A stretch of 64,000 bases of DNA from Podarcis pityusensis (taxonomy: Eukaryota): NCBI GenBank assembly GCA_964106645.2, contig OZ067038.1; one strand, given 5' to 3'. Positions 61,801 through 64,000 of the stretch are shown piece by piece. The notes beneath the pieces were generated by a model. That model had not been told where the DNA came from. It did not search any database and saw only the letters and a program-made list of their open reading frames with translations. The stretch's first letter is position 1. The number at the start of each line of letters is the position of its first letter. The position numbers and the translations under genes are program-made.

Positions 61801-64000
61801 CTGCTTCAGCTAGAAAGACCAAGGCAGCTTCCTACTACTGAGGAGGGAGGATTTTTCCTCTATACTTCATCAGTAAATACCATAATGATGTGATGAACTG
61901 CCTGCTTTGGTGTTCATGAATGCCACCCAGAGAGCAACAATCAGAACTGATACTAAAGAACTATGCTGAACAATTGATCTAACTCATAATACACAGTGCA
62001 TTTATTCAACGGTTTCTTTCTTTTCTTTGGAAAATAACAGGAATGATATTACTTCCCCACATACCTGCTAGAATCCTTTGTATATTAAGGCATAATGCTG
62101 CATGATAGAACTTTTGGGATTAAGATGGGCGATTGCATTCCTATCGCAGGAATGTCAAACTGCCTGCCAAGCAATGAACGGTGTTCAATAAACTCTCTAG
62201 ACAGGCCATATCCAGAAAGTTTGTTGAGCTGAATGCCCAGCTCTTCCTTGTTTGTTTGCACAGATTTTAAATGGCTTCTCCCCAAAGATGCTCTTCTGTT
62301 TGCGAGTTTTTAGAAAAATATGATCACTGGTAAAATGCAATTCCCACTAGGAAGTCCATTGGGTAATTCTTATGTCATCTCTGATGAAAGCTACATAACC
62401 CCTCCATCCTCACACCATGGTGACTGTTTTGGTGTTAGTCTGTGGGTTTAACTTGTGGCTTTTACCTGTGCTTTATCTAGAATTTTGGAATGTGCACTAC
62501 TCACAGCTTTGTGATTAAGCAGTCTACAAATCTTTCTAAATAAAGGAGATTTTAATTGGGGGGGGGGGCTACCTTAAAAAGTTGCCCTGCTTTCCCACTT
62601 CAAGGACTTCTTGGCCTAGCAGGCTCTTTACATCTTTAATAGCTTCATTCCAAGGGAAAGTTAAGCTGCTGAAATCTCTTTCATCTTAAGGCTGTGTTAA
62701 TGGGAGATGTTGTGCCTACCAAAACTCCCCCCCCCTCCATGCAGATACTCATAAACACAGCATCTTTAAGAAGGGGACATCTGACAAACTTGTTAGACCA
62801 TCACTTTGAGCGAATATGGGAGACAACCCCCTCCCCATCTTAAACCAGCTGGCTGTGTTGCTTTTAATACCAGGACACCTCTTCTTTAAAAATAAATAAA
62901 TAAAACAATTACATCTGCATGCATTTAAATAAGTTAGCATTTGCCACTAAACAACAACCTTGTTTTTATTCTGAAATATTCTAATCGGAATAATGAAGCC
63001 TTTATAATATTCTCTCCCTCCCTCCTTCTCTCCCCCGCTGATCTGCTCCTGACTAGATTTCCAAATGGAGTTCTTGGAAGTATAAAGCCAATGCAAATCC
63101 TTTTCCTGCAGATGCTGTTGCTGCCTACCGCTGTGTTGCTGTCTGCAGTCTGGCAGTGCAGCATCGCCTGCCCATTTCTGATGGCATCCCGGCTACATAC
63201 AAACACAGCCATGGGAAGCATACAGGTAAACAGCCTCCTTAATGCCAGCTTGTGTAGAATAGAGAGCTCCAAGAGGGGAAGTTTTATCAGCAGCCTGAGA
63301 TTCTTCCTGACTGACTCTACCTTTTAACAGATTTTTTTTTACCTAAACCCTTAACACAAACCTGCAGAGCCACATTGCTTGAGTCATCCAAGGATGCAGT
63401 AGCTTGAATCCTACTAGAGTCACAAAATGCTTTAAGTGAGCATTGCCCTGCTGTAGGGCTACTTAAAACCTATGGACAAAGGGGCAGTTTTGAGTCTCCA
63501 AACAGCCTCACAGTGGGATTTCCAGATCACAAGTAATGCTGGAAATATCTGAGAAGAAATACAGATGACTTTTAAACAATTATTTCTTTTTAAAATAACT
63601 TGGAAGTGGAGCATGCTTGCATTTAGGATGGTTAGCTTCCAAGTTACCGTGATATTTCTGCATTCAGGATGTATAGATTATGAGTGTGTGCATATGTGCA
63701 TATTAAGAAGATAGTTTAGTTGTTTTCTATGGTAAGAGGAACATTTGGCTCGTTCACACATTTCCTTTTCTGGCTTTTGCTGTAGAATAAGCACAGTATC
63801 TAGGTGGTAAACTTAACGCATCCATAAAACAGCATAAAATACCTAGTCAACCTCTGGACATAATAACCCATGCGTAAGCTATACATATCAGCAAGGCCTT
63901 GTAAACAGAAGACTCTTAAACCAGCATTTGAAACAAAATACTTATGGTGCTTTTCAGAGGGTTTTTATTACAGAAACTGATGGGGAGTATATCTCACTTC

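Noticed and set aside
332-63327. The many 60-180-aa ORFs in the six-frame track
   Set aside because: Many begin at non-ATG codons or lie in or antisense to repeats, and none shows recognisable domains. They are consistent with chance ORFs in eukaryotic non-coding DNA.

Overview
Eukaryotic, repeat-rich, apparently intergenic or intronic DNA from a squamate reptile. A lacertid lizard is most likely, given Sauria/Squam1 SINEs, a Squam3-type SINE, BovB, L2, CR1 and many hAT/Tc1/Harbinger-type MITEs. I could not confidently identify any host protein-coding exon. The centrepiece is a nested insertion. A complete, very young Ty3/Gypsy (Mag/K02A2.6-like) LTR retrotransposon (25673-30544) has two 330-bp LTRs that are identical by eye, an 18/18 tRNA-Ser PBS, a PPT and one intact 1358-aa gag-pol ORF. 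It sits between the polyA signal and polyA tail of a ~2.2-kb minus-strand non-LTR element (25656-32711). That host element has a perfect 19-bp TSD, a CpG-rich 5' end and a single orphan ORF with no RT or endonuclease, so it looks like an L1-dependent, HAL1-like non-autonomous element. Also present are several solo LTRs (one of the same Gypsy family), an 887-bp hAT element with possibly captured GC-rich cargo, a fossil hAT transposase fragment, SINEs with different tRNA heads on a shared CR1 tail, a 33-bp retro-microinsertion, a nested-palindrome MITE, candidate enhancer motif clusters and two N gaps. Family names come from recognition by eye, not database searches.
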